Counted from the stretch's first letter, positions 9,593-18,918 are shown. The stretch: 64,000 bases of DNA from Terracidiphilus sp. (GCA_035487015.1 DATHMP010000008.1:37121-101120); one strand, 5' to 3'. Made by a program: numbers and translations. The notes: generated by a model not told the origin, from the letters alone.

Positions 9593-9988
9593 ATGCGGCG
9601 GCTCTCTTTCAAAAGGGTTCGACTTACGCGCCCGATCTATATTGCGCAGTTTTCAAGTTTTGCCTACGCCATTGACTCATTGGGGGGCGACAGGCCAGAT
9701 CAGCCAATCTGGTTAGACGTCGCTCGCCTGACTCTATTCCTTCTATGCGCACTAATGACTCCGCTCTCCATGATCGCCCGACTGAACGATATTGGTTGGA
9801 GGAGCTGGTGGCTGGTGCCGCTAGCATTTCCGTGGATCTTCGCGACATGGGCAGTCAAAATCGATCAGCAATTATGGATGATCGGAATAGCGGCACTCGT
9901 ATTGATTGTTGCCCAGGCCCCTCTTATCCTCACACCGTCCCGAGTTGATCTCTGCGGTTCCGAAGAGCACAACGGCTACGCCTCATGA
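9593..9988 (+). CDS. DUF805-like small membrane protein
   Basis: SD GGAGG; hydrophobic helices; ARLNDIGWRSW resembles the DUF805 RLHDxGxSGW motif; lower GC than neighbours. Confidence 0.65.
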   Translation: MRRLSFKRVRLTRPIYIAQFSSFAYAIDSLGGDRPDQPIWLDVARLTLFLLCALMTPLSMIARLNDIGWRSWWLVPLAFPWIFATWAVKIDQQLWMIGIAALVLIVAQAPLILTPSRVDLCGSEEHNGYAS

Positions 9989-10665
9989 CCCGCACCGCTC
10001 TCATCGCCGCCATGCCCGGCGAACTCAAAGCCATCGTCCGCGGATGGAAACCGTCCACCGTCGGCACGGTGAAACTCTGGTCCCACCGCGACGAAAATCT
10101 CTGGGTCGCCGCCTGCGCCGGGGCCGGCCAGGACGCCGCCACGCGTGCCTTCGCCGCCGTCGAGCAGGACGCACCCATTGACCTCGTCTTTTCTCTCGGC
10201 TGGGCTGGCGCCCTCACACCCGACCTCGCCGCCGGTTCTGCCCACAACGTCGCCGGAGTCATCGATGTCCGTACCGGCGAACGCTTCCGCTGCGACGCTG
10301 GAGCGGGATCGCTCTGGCTCGCTACCAGCCCCAAAGTCGCCGACGAAGCCGAAAAACGTCGCCTCGCTTCCGCCTACTCGGCCTCCCTGGTCGACATGGA
10401 AGCAGCAGCCATCGCCCGCCTCGCCAAAATGCGCGGGATCCCGTTCTATTGCCTCAAGGGCGTCAGTGATCCGCTGAGCGCTAAGCTCCCGGATTTCAAT
10501 CGTTTTATCGATGCCAATGGCCAGTTCCACACTGCCCAATTTGCACTTTCTGCACTCCTCAAACCTTGGTACTGGCCCGCACTCGTCAAGATGGGCGAAA
10601 ATAGTAGCAGGGCTTCCCAAAGCATTGCGGAGTCGCTGGCTGAGTTCCTCCGAGACGAGGTCTGA
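9985..10665 (+). CDS. hpnG: Nucleoside phosphorylase/MTA-SAH nucleosidase family protein, probable adenosylhopane nucleosidase
   Basis: IAAMPGE, SLGWAGAL, VDMEAAAIA, KGVSD motifs (PNP_UDP_1 family); HpnG call rests on cluster context. Confidence 0.8.
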   Translation: MTRTALIAAMPGELKAIVRGWKPSTVGTVKLWSHRDENLWVAACAGAGQDAATRAFAAVEQDAPIDLVFSLGWAGALTPDLAAGSAHNVAGVIDVRTGERFRCDAGAGSLWLATSPKVADEAEKRRLASAYSASLVDMEAAAIARLAKMRGIPFYCLKGVSDPLSAKLPDFNRFIDANGQFHTAQFALSALLKPWYWPALVKMGENSSRASQSIAESLAEFLRDEV

Positions 10666-10675
10666 TCGCTAAACG

Positions 10676-11806
10676 ATGGCAACACAAATCTCAAATCCTC
10701 AAAGCATTGCAGAAACCCGACTCCCTTCCACCATGCGCGCCGTCGTCTATCACGGCATCAACGACATGCGTGTTGAATCCGTGCCCGTTCCTCGCATTGG
10801 CGCCGGCGAACTGCTCATCAAGGTAGCCACCTGCGGCATTTGCGGCACCGACCTCAAAAAGATCCACTTCGGCTCTCACTCCGCGCCTCGCATCTTCGGC
10901 CACGAAATGGCCGGAGTCATCGTAGCCGTGGGAGAAGGCGTCTCAGACTACGCCGTCGGCCACCGCGTCATGACGTTCCATCACGTCCCGTGCAATGAGT
11001 GCTACTACTGCCGCAAAGGTACCCCGGCCCAGTGCCCGCTTTACAAGAAGACTGGCGTCACCGCGGGCTATGAGCCTTCCGGCGGCGGCTTTGCCGAGTA
11101 CATCCGCGTCATGGATTTCGTGGTAGCCAACCGTGGTGTTGTGAAGATCCCCGACGGCGTGCCCTTCGAGCAGGCGGCCTTCGTCGAACCGGTCAATACC
11201 GTGCTCAAAGGCGTAAAGCTGCTCAACCTCGAGCCGGACGACACCGTCCTCGTCATTGGCCAAGGTCCTATCGGCCTCATGCACGCCGTGCTCTCCAGCC
11301 GCATCGCCGGCAAGGTGCTTACCTCCGATCTGTATCCCGAGCGCCATGCAATTGCAGCCAAATACGGTCTCAAGCATCCAATCCATGCCGGCACTGAAAA
11401 TGTCGTCGAGCGCGTCTTGGCCGAGACCGACGGGCGCGGCGCCGATGCCGTAATTCTTGCCGTGGGGGGTACTGCGTTGATTCGTACAGCCATGGATGCA
11501 GCCCGCCCCGGTGGTAAAGTGATGCTGTTCGCGCAAACCCAGCACGGCGAGGTTGGTATCGACCCCGCAGCCGTTTGTGTGGATGAGAAGACTTTGCTCG
11601 GTTCCTACTCGTCCTCATTTCCAATTCTCGACGAAGTCACTGAGCTGGTCTTCAGTGGCTATCGCAACGGTTTTGACCTGACGCAGCTCATTTCGCACCG
11701 CTATTCCATCGATGAAGCGGTCGCAGCGATTGAGGTGGCTTCGCATCCCAAGGCGGACTCGATGAAGATCATGATCGAGCCAAACCTCGGGATGGGAGCA
11801 AAGTAG
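10676..11806 (+). CDS. Zn-dependent medium-chain dehydrogenase (sorbitol/polyol dehydrogenase-like)
   Basis: CGICGTD, GHE, structural-Zn CNECYYC...C, EP, GQGPIGL. Confidence 0.92.
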   Translation: MATQISNPQSIAETRLPSTMRAVVYHGINDMRVESVPVPRIGAGELLIKVATCGICGTDLKKIHFGSHSAPRIFGHEMAGVIVAVGEGVSDYAVGHRVMTFHHVPCNECYYCRKGTPAQCPLYKKTGVTAGYEPSGGGFAEYIRVMDFVVANRGVVKIPDGVPFEQAAFVEPVNTVLKGVKLLNLEPDDTVLVIGQGPIGLMHAVLSSRIAGKVLTSDLYPERHAIAAKYGLKHPIHAGTENVVERVLAETDGRGADAVILAVGGTALIRTAMDAARPGGKVMLFAQTQHGEVGIDPAAVCVDEKTLLGSYSSSFPILDEVTELVFSGYRNGFDLTQLISHRYSIDEAVAAIEVASHPKADSMKIMIEPNLGMGAK

Positions 11807-11825
11807 GAGGCTCCGCATTCCAGGC

Positions 11826-12056
11826 ACGGTCAAAGACGCAATCAAGCGCAGCCGCTCCACGGTTGAAACGGCCATTGAGCATGGCCGCGCCACGGTCGAA
11901 ACGGCGATCGAACATGGCCGCGCCACGGTCGGCGACGCCCTTCATCATGGGCGTGCCACGGTCGAGAGTGCCATCATTCATGGCCGCGCGACGGTTGAGA
12001 CCGCGATTCATCACGGCCGTGCCACGATGCAGGCCGCCATTCTTCACGGACGCGAA
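11826..12056 (+). repeat. Seven 33-bp tandem repeats encoding 11-aa units, in frame with the downstream dehydrogenase
   Basis: TVKDAIKRSRS / TVETAIEHGRA / TVETAIEHGRA / TVGDALHHGRA / TVESAIIHGRA / TVETAIHHGRA / TMQAAILHGRE; many synonymous third-position differences. Confidence 0.9.
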
Positions 12057-13058
12057 GACATCCGCATCGAAAACGTGCCCGTGCCCGAAGCCGGCCCGGG
12101 CGAATTGATTGTGCAGGTCGGCGCAGCTCTCACCTGCGGAACCGATTTGAAAGTCTTTCGCCGCGGCTATCACGCGCGCATGATCGTGCCGCCGGCACTC
12201 TTTGGCCACGAACTCGCGGGCACTGTTGTGCAGGCAGGCACGGGCGTTTCAGACTTTTCGACGGGGGATCGCGTTGTAGCGCTCAACTCCGCGCCCTGCG
12301 GCCAATGCTTCTTCTGTGGCCGCGGCCAGGAGAATCTCTGCGACGATCTGCTCTTCAACAATGGCGCTTATGCCGAATTTATCCGGGTCCCGGCGCGCAT
12401 CGTTGCAAAGAACACTTTGCGCGTGCCTGATCATGTTCCGCTCGAGCATGCAGCGCTCACTGAGCCTCTTGCTTGTGCCGTCCACGGGTTTGAGGACTCA
12501 AATCCCCGTCCCGGCGATCAGGTTGCCATCATCGGCGGCGGTCCGCTCGGCCTCATGATGCTGCATGTTGCTTCGCTCGCCGGCTGCGAGACCATCGCCG
12601 TTGTCAAACACGATGGCCAGGTCGATGCGGCAAAGCAACTGGGCGCCGCGCACGTCGTTCAGGCGAGCAACATCCGCAAAGCGATTCGCGAAACGCGTGC
12701 CCTCACGCCCAAAGGCCGCGGCGTCGACATCGCGATTGAAGCGGTAGGCGTTCCCGATGCGTGGGAAGAAGCGGTCGAAATGGTTCGCAAGGGCGGCACA
12801 GTCAACTTCTTTGGTGGATGCGCGGTTGGCACGCACGTCGCACTCGACACCAATCGCATTCACTATAGCGACATCACGCTGCGCGCCACCTTTCACCACA
12901 CCCCGGCCATGTGCCGCAAATCGCTGGAGTTGATCGCCGGCGGCCGATTCCAGGCAAGCGCATTCATCACCGGCCATGCTCATCTCTACGAACTCAATCG
13001 CGTCTTTGAGCGATTGATGAATCGCAGCAGCGAAATCAAGACAGCAATCGTTCCCTGA
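12027..13058 (+). CDS. Zn-dependent medium-chain dehydrogenase (true start may be ATT at 11817)
   Basis: TCGTD, GHE, CGQCFFC...C, TEPLAC, GGGPLGL. Confidence 0.92.
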   Translation: MQAAILHGREDIRIENVPVPEAGPGELIVQVGAALTCGTDLKVFRRGYHARMIVPPALFGHELAGTVVQAGTGVSDFSTGDRVVALNSAPCGQCFFCGRGQENLCDDLLFNNGAYAEFIRVPARIVAKNTLRVPDHVPLEHAALTEPLACAVHGFEDSNPRPGDQVAIIGGGPLGLMMLHVASLAGCETIAVVKHDGQVDAAKQLGAAHVVQASNIRKAIRETRALTPKGRGVDIAIEAVGVPDAWEEAVEMVRKGGTVNFFGGCAVGTHVALDTNRIHYSDITLRATFHHTPAMCRKSLELIAGGRFQASAFITGHAHLYELNRVFERLMNRSSEIKTAIVP

Positions 13059-13064
13059 GGCTTC

Positions 13065-14063
13065 ATGACCACTGCGGCTCTCCAACCTGATCGCGATACG
13101 CTGTCGCAGGAGCAGTTGCTCGCGCGTGGCTGGGCCGCTTTGCCTCCGTCTTACCGCATGCCGGAAAAGACTCCTACCCTCGAAGAAGCTCTCGCCTGGT
13201 GCAAGCAGCTTGCAGAGTCGCATTACGAGAATTTCCATGTCGCCACTTGGTTTTTGCCCAAGGCCCTGCGACCACATTTTCATGCCATCTATGCATATTG
13301 CCGCGTCTCCGATGATCTTGGCGACGAGGTTGGCAACACCGCGCAGGCCCTTGCGCTGCTCGATTTCTGGGGTGGTGAACTCGATGCCTGCTATCAAGGT
13401 CAAGCTCGGCATCCGGTATTCGTCGCTCTCGCAGAAACCATTCGCGCCTGCTCAATTCCTAAAGAGCCATTCGCGGATCTGCTGACCGCCTTCCGCCAGG
13501 ACCAGACCGTCACCCGTTACGAGACGATGCACGATGTCCTCGCCTATTGCCGCAACTCGGCGAATCCCGTGGGCAGACTCGTTCTGTACGCCTGCGGCTA
13601 TGCCGACGAACAGCGCTTTCGCCTTTCCGACGCAACCTGCTCGGCACTGCAGCTTGCCAACTTCTGGCAGGATGTCCGCGTCGACTTTGCGAAAAATCGT
13701 GTCTACCTGCCACAGGAAGATATGCGCCGCTTCGGCGTCAGCGACGAAACGATCGAGCAGGGAATTGCCACCCCGGAGTTTCGCAAGTTGCTCGCTCATG
13801 AAGTCGACTTTGCGCGAGGCATGTTTCAAGAAGGTGTGCCCTTGATCGGAATGGTCGGTCGCGATCTGGCAGTGGATCTCGACCTGTTCAGCCGCGGCGG
13901 TCTCGAGATCCTCAATGCCGTCGAGCGGCAAGATTTCGACGTATTGCAGTCCAGGCCCGCGATCGGCAAAAGCACCAAGCTTGCATTGGCCCTCCGCGCC
14001 GTCAGTGGCAAGGCATTTCCGTTTTTGCGCCTGCGCGCAGCTTCCCCAGGGAAGGCGGCTTGA
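13065..14063 (+). CDS. hpnC: Hydroxysqualene synthase
   Basis: HYENFHVA, IYAYCRVSDDLGDE, FRQDQ, SANPVGRLVL, QLANFWQD. Confidence 0.93.
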   Translation: MTTAALQPDRDTLSQEQLLARGWAALPPSYRMPEKTPTLEEALAWCKQLAESHYENFHVATWFLPKALRPHFHAIYAYCRVSDDLGDEVGNTAQALALLDFWGGELDACYQGQARHPVFVALAETIRACSIPKEPFADLLTAFRQDQTVTRYETMHDVLAYCRNSANPVGRLVLYACGYADEQRFRLSDATCSALQLANFWQDVRVDFAKNRVYLPQEDMRRFGVSDETIEQGIATPEFRKLLAHEVDFARGMFQEGVPLIGMVGRDLAVDLDLFSRGGLEILNAVERQDFDVLQSRPAIGKSTKLALALRAVSGKAFPFLRLRAASPGKAA

Positions 14064-14992
14064 CCCAGGCACCAAAATTGGATGAAGCGTATGCGATCTG
14101 CAGGGCCATTGCCAGGCGCGAAGCGAAGAACTTCTATTACGCCTTCGTGGCTCTCCCAACAGAACGCCGCAACGCCATCTGTGCCATCTATGCATTCATG
14201 CGCAAGGCCGACGATCTCTCTGACGACGAAAGCTTGTCGATCGACGAACGCCGCCGCCAGTTGGATGCGTGGCTCACAGCTTGGCACTCCTCCGTGCAAT
14301 CGGGCCAAACGGTCGATCCGATCTTCCTTGCTGTTCACGACGCGATAACCCGCTTCAAGATTCCGCTCGAGCTGTTGGATGAGCTGGTCGCCGGTACGAC
14401 CATGGACCTGAATCGACCAGCCGGGAACCAGCCCGACACCTATGCGACCTTCGCCGACCTCTATCGCTACTGCTATCTCGTAGCCTCTGTCGTGGGATTG
14501 GTCTGCATTCGGATCTTTGGCTATACCGATCCCCGTGCAGAAAAGCTTGCCGAGGAAACGGGAATTGCGTTCCAGTTGACCAACATCCTGCGCGATGTTG
14601 CCGAAGACGCGGAGCGCAACCGGGTCTATCTGCCCGTCGCAGATCTTGAAGCGCACGGCGTCAGCCTTGACCAGCTTTTGAAACGCGAGCCTCTCGCTCC
14701 CCCAACCCACTCCGAGCGCGCGCTGGTTGCAGAGATCGCCGCCCGGGCAGAGGCCTACTACAAATCGTCGAGCACGCTGTTGCCGCTCATTCAGCCCGAA
14801 AGCCGGCCGGCGCTCTGGGTGCTTGTAACCATCTATCATTCGCTGCTCAAGCGCATCGAACGAGCGGATTACGATGTCTTTACGCGGCGGGCCAGTGTGC
14901 CAACCGTCCAGAAGCTTTCGATCCTGGCGGTTGGCCTCGTCCGCATGGCCGGCGTGCGCATGCTCGCCTCGGCGGGCGCACAGAAAGGCTGA
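14060..14992 (+). CDS. hpnD: Presqualene diphosphate synthase
   Basis: AKNFYYAF, YAFMRKADD, YCYLVASVVG, FQLTNILRDVAEDA, RVYLP; TTGA overlap with hpnC. Confidence 0.92.
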   Translation: MTQAPKLDEAYAICRAIARREAKNFYYAFVALPTERRNAICAIYAFMRKADDLSDDESLSIDERRRQLDAWLTAWHSSVQSGQTVDPIFLAVHDAITRFKIPLELLDELVAGTTMDLNRPAGNQPDTYATFADLYRYCYLVASVVGLVCIRIFGYTDPRAEKLAEETGIAFQLTNILRDVAEDAERNRVYLPVADLEAHGVSLDQLLKREPLAPPTHSERALVAEIAARAEAYYKSSSTLLPLIQPESRPALWVLVTIYHSLLKRIERADYDVFTRRASVPTVQKLSILAVGLVRMAGVRMLASAGAQKG

Positions 14993-14999
14993 AATTCAG

Positions 15000-16406
15000 T
15001 TGCCGCAGGGAATCGACAAATCGGTCACCGTGGTTGGCGGAGGAGTCGCCGGCATGAGCGCCGCATGTGCGCTTGCCGAAGCCGGTTTCCACGTCACCCT
15101 CGTGGAACGCCGCGGCTATCTTGGCGGACGCGCATCGTCTTATCTTCATCCCGGCGTAAAAGAGGTCATCGACAACTGCCAACACGTGCTCTTCGGTTGC
15201 TGCACCAATCTGGTTGGCTTTTATCGCCGCATCGGTGCCGCCTCAAAGATTCATTGGACGAGCAAGATGACCATGATCGAACCTGGTGGTCGCCGCTCGC
15301 AGCTCGGCCCATCGCGTTTGCCTGCCCCGCTTCACGGATTGCCCAAACTTCTCTCAGCGCCTGCATTCAGTTCTGCCGACAGGCTTGCCTTGATGCGCGC
15401 TTTCAGCGCCCTCCGGCGACCGATACCTCAGAATGCACAAGAATCGCTCGGTGCATGGCTCCGCCGTAACAAGCAAACTAAAGGAGCCATTGAGCATTTT
15501 TGGCGCCTCGTGATTGCCAGCGCTTTGAATGCGGACATCGATGAGATTGCATTGCCCTACGCTGCCAAAGTTGTTCGAGAGCTCTTCATGAACTCCGCCG
15601 AGGCAGGCAGCATGGGCATGAGTACCGTTCCGCTTAGCGAACTGTACGACGATGCGGCTGCATTTTTGAAAAAACACAACGCCACTTTGCAGATGAAAAC
15701 GAGCGTCGAGGGCGCGCAATGGGATCGATCCGCTTCTCGATGGACTCTTGGAACAAACTGCGGAGATATCGTGTCAGATTCTCTTGTGCTGGCCCTTCCT
15801 TTTGAAGCCATGGGAAAACTGATTCCGGCTCTGCCTCAGGCAAACGGCGTCGGTCCCATGCAATACAAAATCCAGCGTCTCGAGCATTGGCCCATCTGCA
15901 GTGTCCATCTCTGGTTCGATCGGCAAGTGACCGAGCTCGACCACGCAGTCCTGCTCGATCGCGAAATCCACTGGATGTACAACAAAACGCGGCTACAGCC
16001 GTGGCGCGACCAGAAGGGAAGCTATCTCGAATTAGTCGTCAGCGCATCGCGAGACTTCGCCGCCAGGAGTCGCGAAGAGGCAATTGCGCAGGCTATTGCC
16101 GAATTGAAGGAATTCTTCCCGTCTGTCGCGACTGCAAAGCTCGAAAAAGCCGCTCTCGTGAAGGAAATGCGCGCCACCTTTGGCGTGCCGCCGCGCGTGG
16201 ATGAGCTGCGTCCGCATGCGCAATCGCCCTGGCCCAACTGTTTTCTCGCTGGCGACTGGACCGCTACCGGCTGGCCTTCCACCATGGAGAGCGCCGCACG
16301 CTCCGGTCATCTTGCCGCCGAAGCTCTCACCAAAGCCACCGGCCAGCAGAAGACATTCCTCATCCCCGACCTCGAGCCTACTGGCTTGATGCGCTTCTTC
16401 GGCTGA
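15000..16406 (+). CDS. hpnE: Hydroxysqualene dehydroxylase
   Basis: VVGGGVAGMSAA, LGGRASS, IDNCQHVLFGC, LAGDWTATGWPSTMESAARSG; follows hpnCD; TTG start inferred. Confidence 0.92.
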   Translation: MPQGIDKSVTVVGGGVAGMSAACALAEAGFHVTLVERRGYLGGRASSYLHPGVKEVIDNCQHVLFGCCTNLVGFYRRIGAASKIHWTSKMTMIEPGGRRSQLGPSRLPAPLHGLPKLLSAPAFSSADRLALMRAFSALRRPIPQNAQESLGAWLRRNKQTKGAIEHFWRLVIASALNADIDEIALPYAAKVVRELFMNSAEAGSMGMSTVPLSELYDDAAAFLKKHNATLQMKTSVEGAQWDRSASRWTLGTNCGDIVSDSLVLALPFEAMGKLIPALPQANGVGPMQYKIQRLEHWPICSVHLWFDRQVTELDHAVLLDREIHWMYNKTRLQPWRDQKGSYLELVVSASRDFAARSREEAIAQAIAELKEFFPSVATAKLEKAALVKEMRATFGVPPRVDELRPHAQSPWPNCFLAGDWTATGWPSTMESAARSGHLAAEALTKATGQQKTFLIPDLEPTGLMRFFG

Positions 16407-16435
16407 GTCTTGTTCCAAGCTGGCAGTTGCATTCT

Positions 16436-16843
16436 TCAGTGCGCCAGGAAATAGACCCCGACACAGACCAGCACCGCTGCTGTCCAACGCCTCCGGTCCA
16501 CGTTTTCATGCAGGAAGAATTTCGCCGCAACCGCATTCGTCACCATCGTCATCGATGCCGATGCCGGGGCTACCAGGCTCAGGTTCAGGTGATTGAGCGC
16601 AAACAACAGCGAGAAGAAAGCCAGAGCGAGAAAGCCAACCCCCGCAAAGAATCGCGGACACGTCACCACCGCGCGAATTGCTCCCCTCATCCCCGATCGC
16701 GCGCGAATCTCGTCAAGATCGCCGATCGATTTCATCGCGGCCGCAGTCAGAACTTCGCCCGTCGTCGAGCAGAGAATGATTGCCGCGATCATCGCGGTGG
16801 AAGCCCAAAACCCTGTGAGCGGAAGAGACGGGGCGACAGTCAT
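16436..16843 (-). CDS. Small DMT/EamA (ArnE/ArnF-like) membrane protein
   Basis: About 4 TM; LNLSLVAPASAS...FFLHENVDRRRW; ATGA overlap with its partner. Confidence 0.8.
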   Translation of the reverse strand: MTVAPSLPLTGFWASTAMIAAIILCSTTGEVLTAAAMKSIGDLDEIRARSGMRGAIRAVVTCPRFFAGVGFLALAFFSLLFALNHLNLSLVAPASASMTMVTNAVAAKFFLHENVDRRRWTAAVLVCVGVYFLAH

Positions 16844-17298
16844 CGCAACTGTTCCTCCTCGACCGATGCCAGCGATTCATCCCGTGTTCCTGATGCCGGA
16901 GCGGGGCGCTCTGTAAGAGACGGTCCCTGCGCAACGAATCCTACGCCCAACGTGATGAGAACAATCCCCATCCAACGTTGCACAGAAATGGGCTCGTGCA
17001 GCCAGAACCTGGAAAGGAGCGCCACAATCACATTCCCAAAGGCCGTTGCAGGAAGCACAAAGGTCAAATCGGCCCAGGACAATGCAGTGAGATAGCTGGC
17101 AAAGAAACCAATCAGCAAGGCAATGCCGGTTGCAATCCACGGCGTGAAGACCGCCGCGATCAGGGTCGCCGGGTGTGACAGGATGATTGGCGGCAACTCA
17201 GTCATCCCGCGCGAAAGGCACGTATCGCCAAGTGGCGCGCAGAGCGCAACCAGCCCAAGGACGCCGTATTGTCGAGCCGTCAGGTTGTGGTGCTTCAT
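16840..17298 (-). CDS. Small DMT/EamA (ArnE/ArnF-like) membrane protein
   Basis: About 4 TM; LSWADLTFVLPATA...LHEPISVQRWMGIVLI. Confidence 0.8.
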   Translation of the reverse strand: MKHHNLTARQYGVLGLVALCAPLGDTCLSRGMTELPPIILSHPATLIAAVFTPWIATGIALLIGFFASYLTALSWADLTFVLPATAFGNVIVALLSRFWLHEPISVQRWMGIVLITLGVGFVAQGPSLTERPAPASGTRDESLASVEEEQLR

Positions 17299-17385
17299 CG
17301 GTCCAAGGCGTGCCGTGTCAAAAATCCCAAAAAAGCAGGGGCGGACTCATGTTGAGTTCCGCCCCGATTGCTATCCAGCCCCTTT

Positions 17386-18864
17386 TCAGGCCCCAGCGCT
17401 CACCGGCGCTGGAGGATCCGCCTGGCGGCTTCGCGCTTCCTTCACCATGCGGTTGCGTTGCGCGCGCAGCTTCAGGAACGCCTTTGCCTCGGTGTACAAA
17501 CGGGGCACGTCGCGATTAATAATCGCTTTCCAAATCACGCGGGCAGCAGCCTTGGGCCGGAAATAGTACTCATCGTAGAAGCGGTGCACCATCTCCATCA
17601 CGTAATCCACGGGAAGACCGGGATACTCGATGTGCGCCATCTGGTGGCCGCCGCCGTCTTCCATACGCTCGTTGGTGATGAAGCCATTCTCCTTGGCAAA
17701 GTCATAAAACTCCGTCCCCGGATAGGCATGAGCGATGGAAACCTGGATGGTCTCCACGTCCAGTGACTTCGCAAAGTTGATCGTGTTCCGAATCGATTCC
17801 TTCGTTTCACCCGGCAAGCCGAGAATAAAGTCGCCGTGGATCGTCAACCCGAGGTCGCGGCAGTCCTTCGCAAAGGCCCGTGCGCGCTCTACCGTGGCGC
17901 CCTTCTTGATGTTCTTCAGAATTTGCGGATCACCCGACTCAAAGCCAACGATCAGCAAACGGCATCCGGCGTCTTTCATGGCCTTCAACGTATCGCGGTC
18001 GGTCGTCACGCGCGATGTGCAGCTCCACGTCAGTCCGAGTGGCTGCAACTTTTCGCAAAGCTCGATGGTGCGCTGCTTCTGAATGTTGAAGGTGTCGTCG
18101 TCGAAAAAGAATTCCTTCACTTCGGGGAAGTTTTCTTTTGCCCATGCCAGTTCCGCAGCCACATCGTCAGTGGAACGCTTGCGCCACGCATGTCCACTCA
18201 GAGTCTGCGGCCATAGGCAGAACGTGCACTGTGCCGGGCATCCGCGCGTGGAATAGAGCGAAATATACGGGTGCAGCAGGAACGGCACGTTGTATTTCGT
18301 CACGTCCATGTCGCGTTTGTAAATCTTCGTCGCCCACGGCATGGCGTCCAGGTCTTCAATCTGCGGACGGTCCGGATTGTGGACGACCTTTCCGTCCTTC
18401 TTGTAGCTGATGCCGAGGATTTCATCGAGCGGCTTGCCGTTGGCAAATTCCACAACGGAGTAGTCAAACTCACGACGGCAAATGAAGTCGAGTACCGAGC
18501 ACTCATTCAGCGCGCGATCCGGATCCGTGGTGACCGGCGGTCCAACGAAAGCAATGCGGATGGTCGGATTCACCGCTTTGATTGCTTCGGCAAGGCGCTG
18601 ATCGCCTTCCCAGCCCACCGTCGAAGTGAACAAAACAAGGAATTCGAAGTCCTTGCAGATCTTGATGGTCTCGTCCGCGGAGATGTGGTGCGGTGGCGCA
18701 TCCAGCAGGCGCGAACCTTCCAGAAGTCCGGCAGGATAGGTCAGCCAGACAGGGTACCAATACGACTCGATCTCGCGCGTGGCAGGCCAGCGCGAACTCG
18801 CACCGCCGTCAAAATTCTCAAACGACGGGGGATTCAGAAGCAAAGTTTTCAAAGGCATAGACAT
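17386..18864 (-). CDS. hpnJ: Hopanoid-associated radical SAM protein with N-terminal B12-binding-like domain
   Basis: LNPPSFENFDGGASSRW, WYPVWL, RGCPAQCTFCLWPQT (CxxxCxxC), FFDDDTF, QVSIAHAYPGT. Confidence 0.93.
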   Translation of the reverse strand: MSMPLKTLLLNPPSFENFDGGASSRWPATREIESYWYPVWLTYPAGLLEGSRLLDAPPHHISADETIKICKDFEFLVLFTSTVGWEGDQRLAEAIKAVNPTIRIAFVGPPVTTDPDRALNECSVLDFICRREFDYSVVEFANGKPLDEILGISYKKDGKVVHNPDRPQIEDLDAMPWATKIYKRDMDVTKYNVPFLLHPYISLYSTRGCPAQCTFCLWPQTLSGHAWRKRSTDDVAAELAWAKENFPEVKEFFFDDDTFNIQKQRTIELCEKLQPLGLTWSCTSRVTTDRDTLKAMKDAGCRLLIVGFESGDPQILKNIKKGATVERARAFAKDCRDLGLTIHGDFILGLPGETKESIRNTINFAKSLDVETIQVSIAHAYPGTEFYDFAKENGFITNERMEDGGGHQMAHIEYPGLPVDYVMEMVHRFYDEYYFRPKAAARVIWKAIINRDVPRLYTEAKAFLKLRAQRNRMVKEARSRQADPPAPVSAGA

Positions 18865-18918
18865 CCCTCTAAGTTTACCATCTTCTCGATTTTCCCCAGT
18901 AACTAAAGGGGTTACGAG

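Noticed and set aside
11826-12056. 33-bp repeats as a CRISPR array, or as the 146-aa minus-strand ORF 11769-12209
   Set aside because: No spacers and no cas genes; variation is synonymous in the plus frame of the dehydrogenase.
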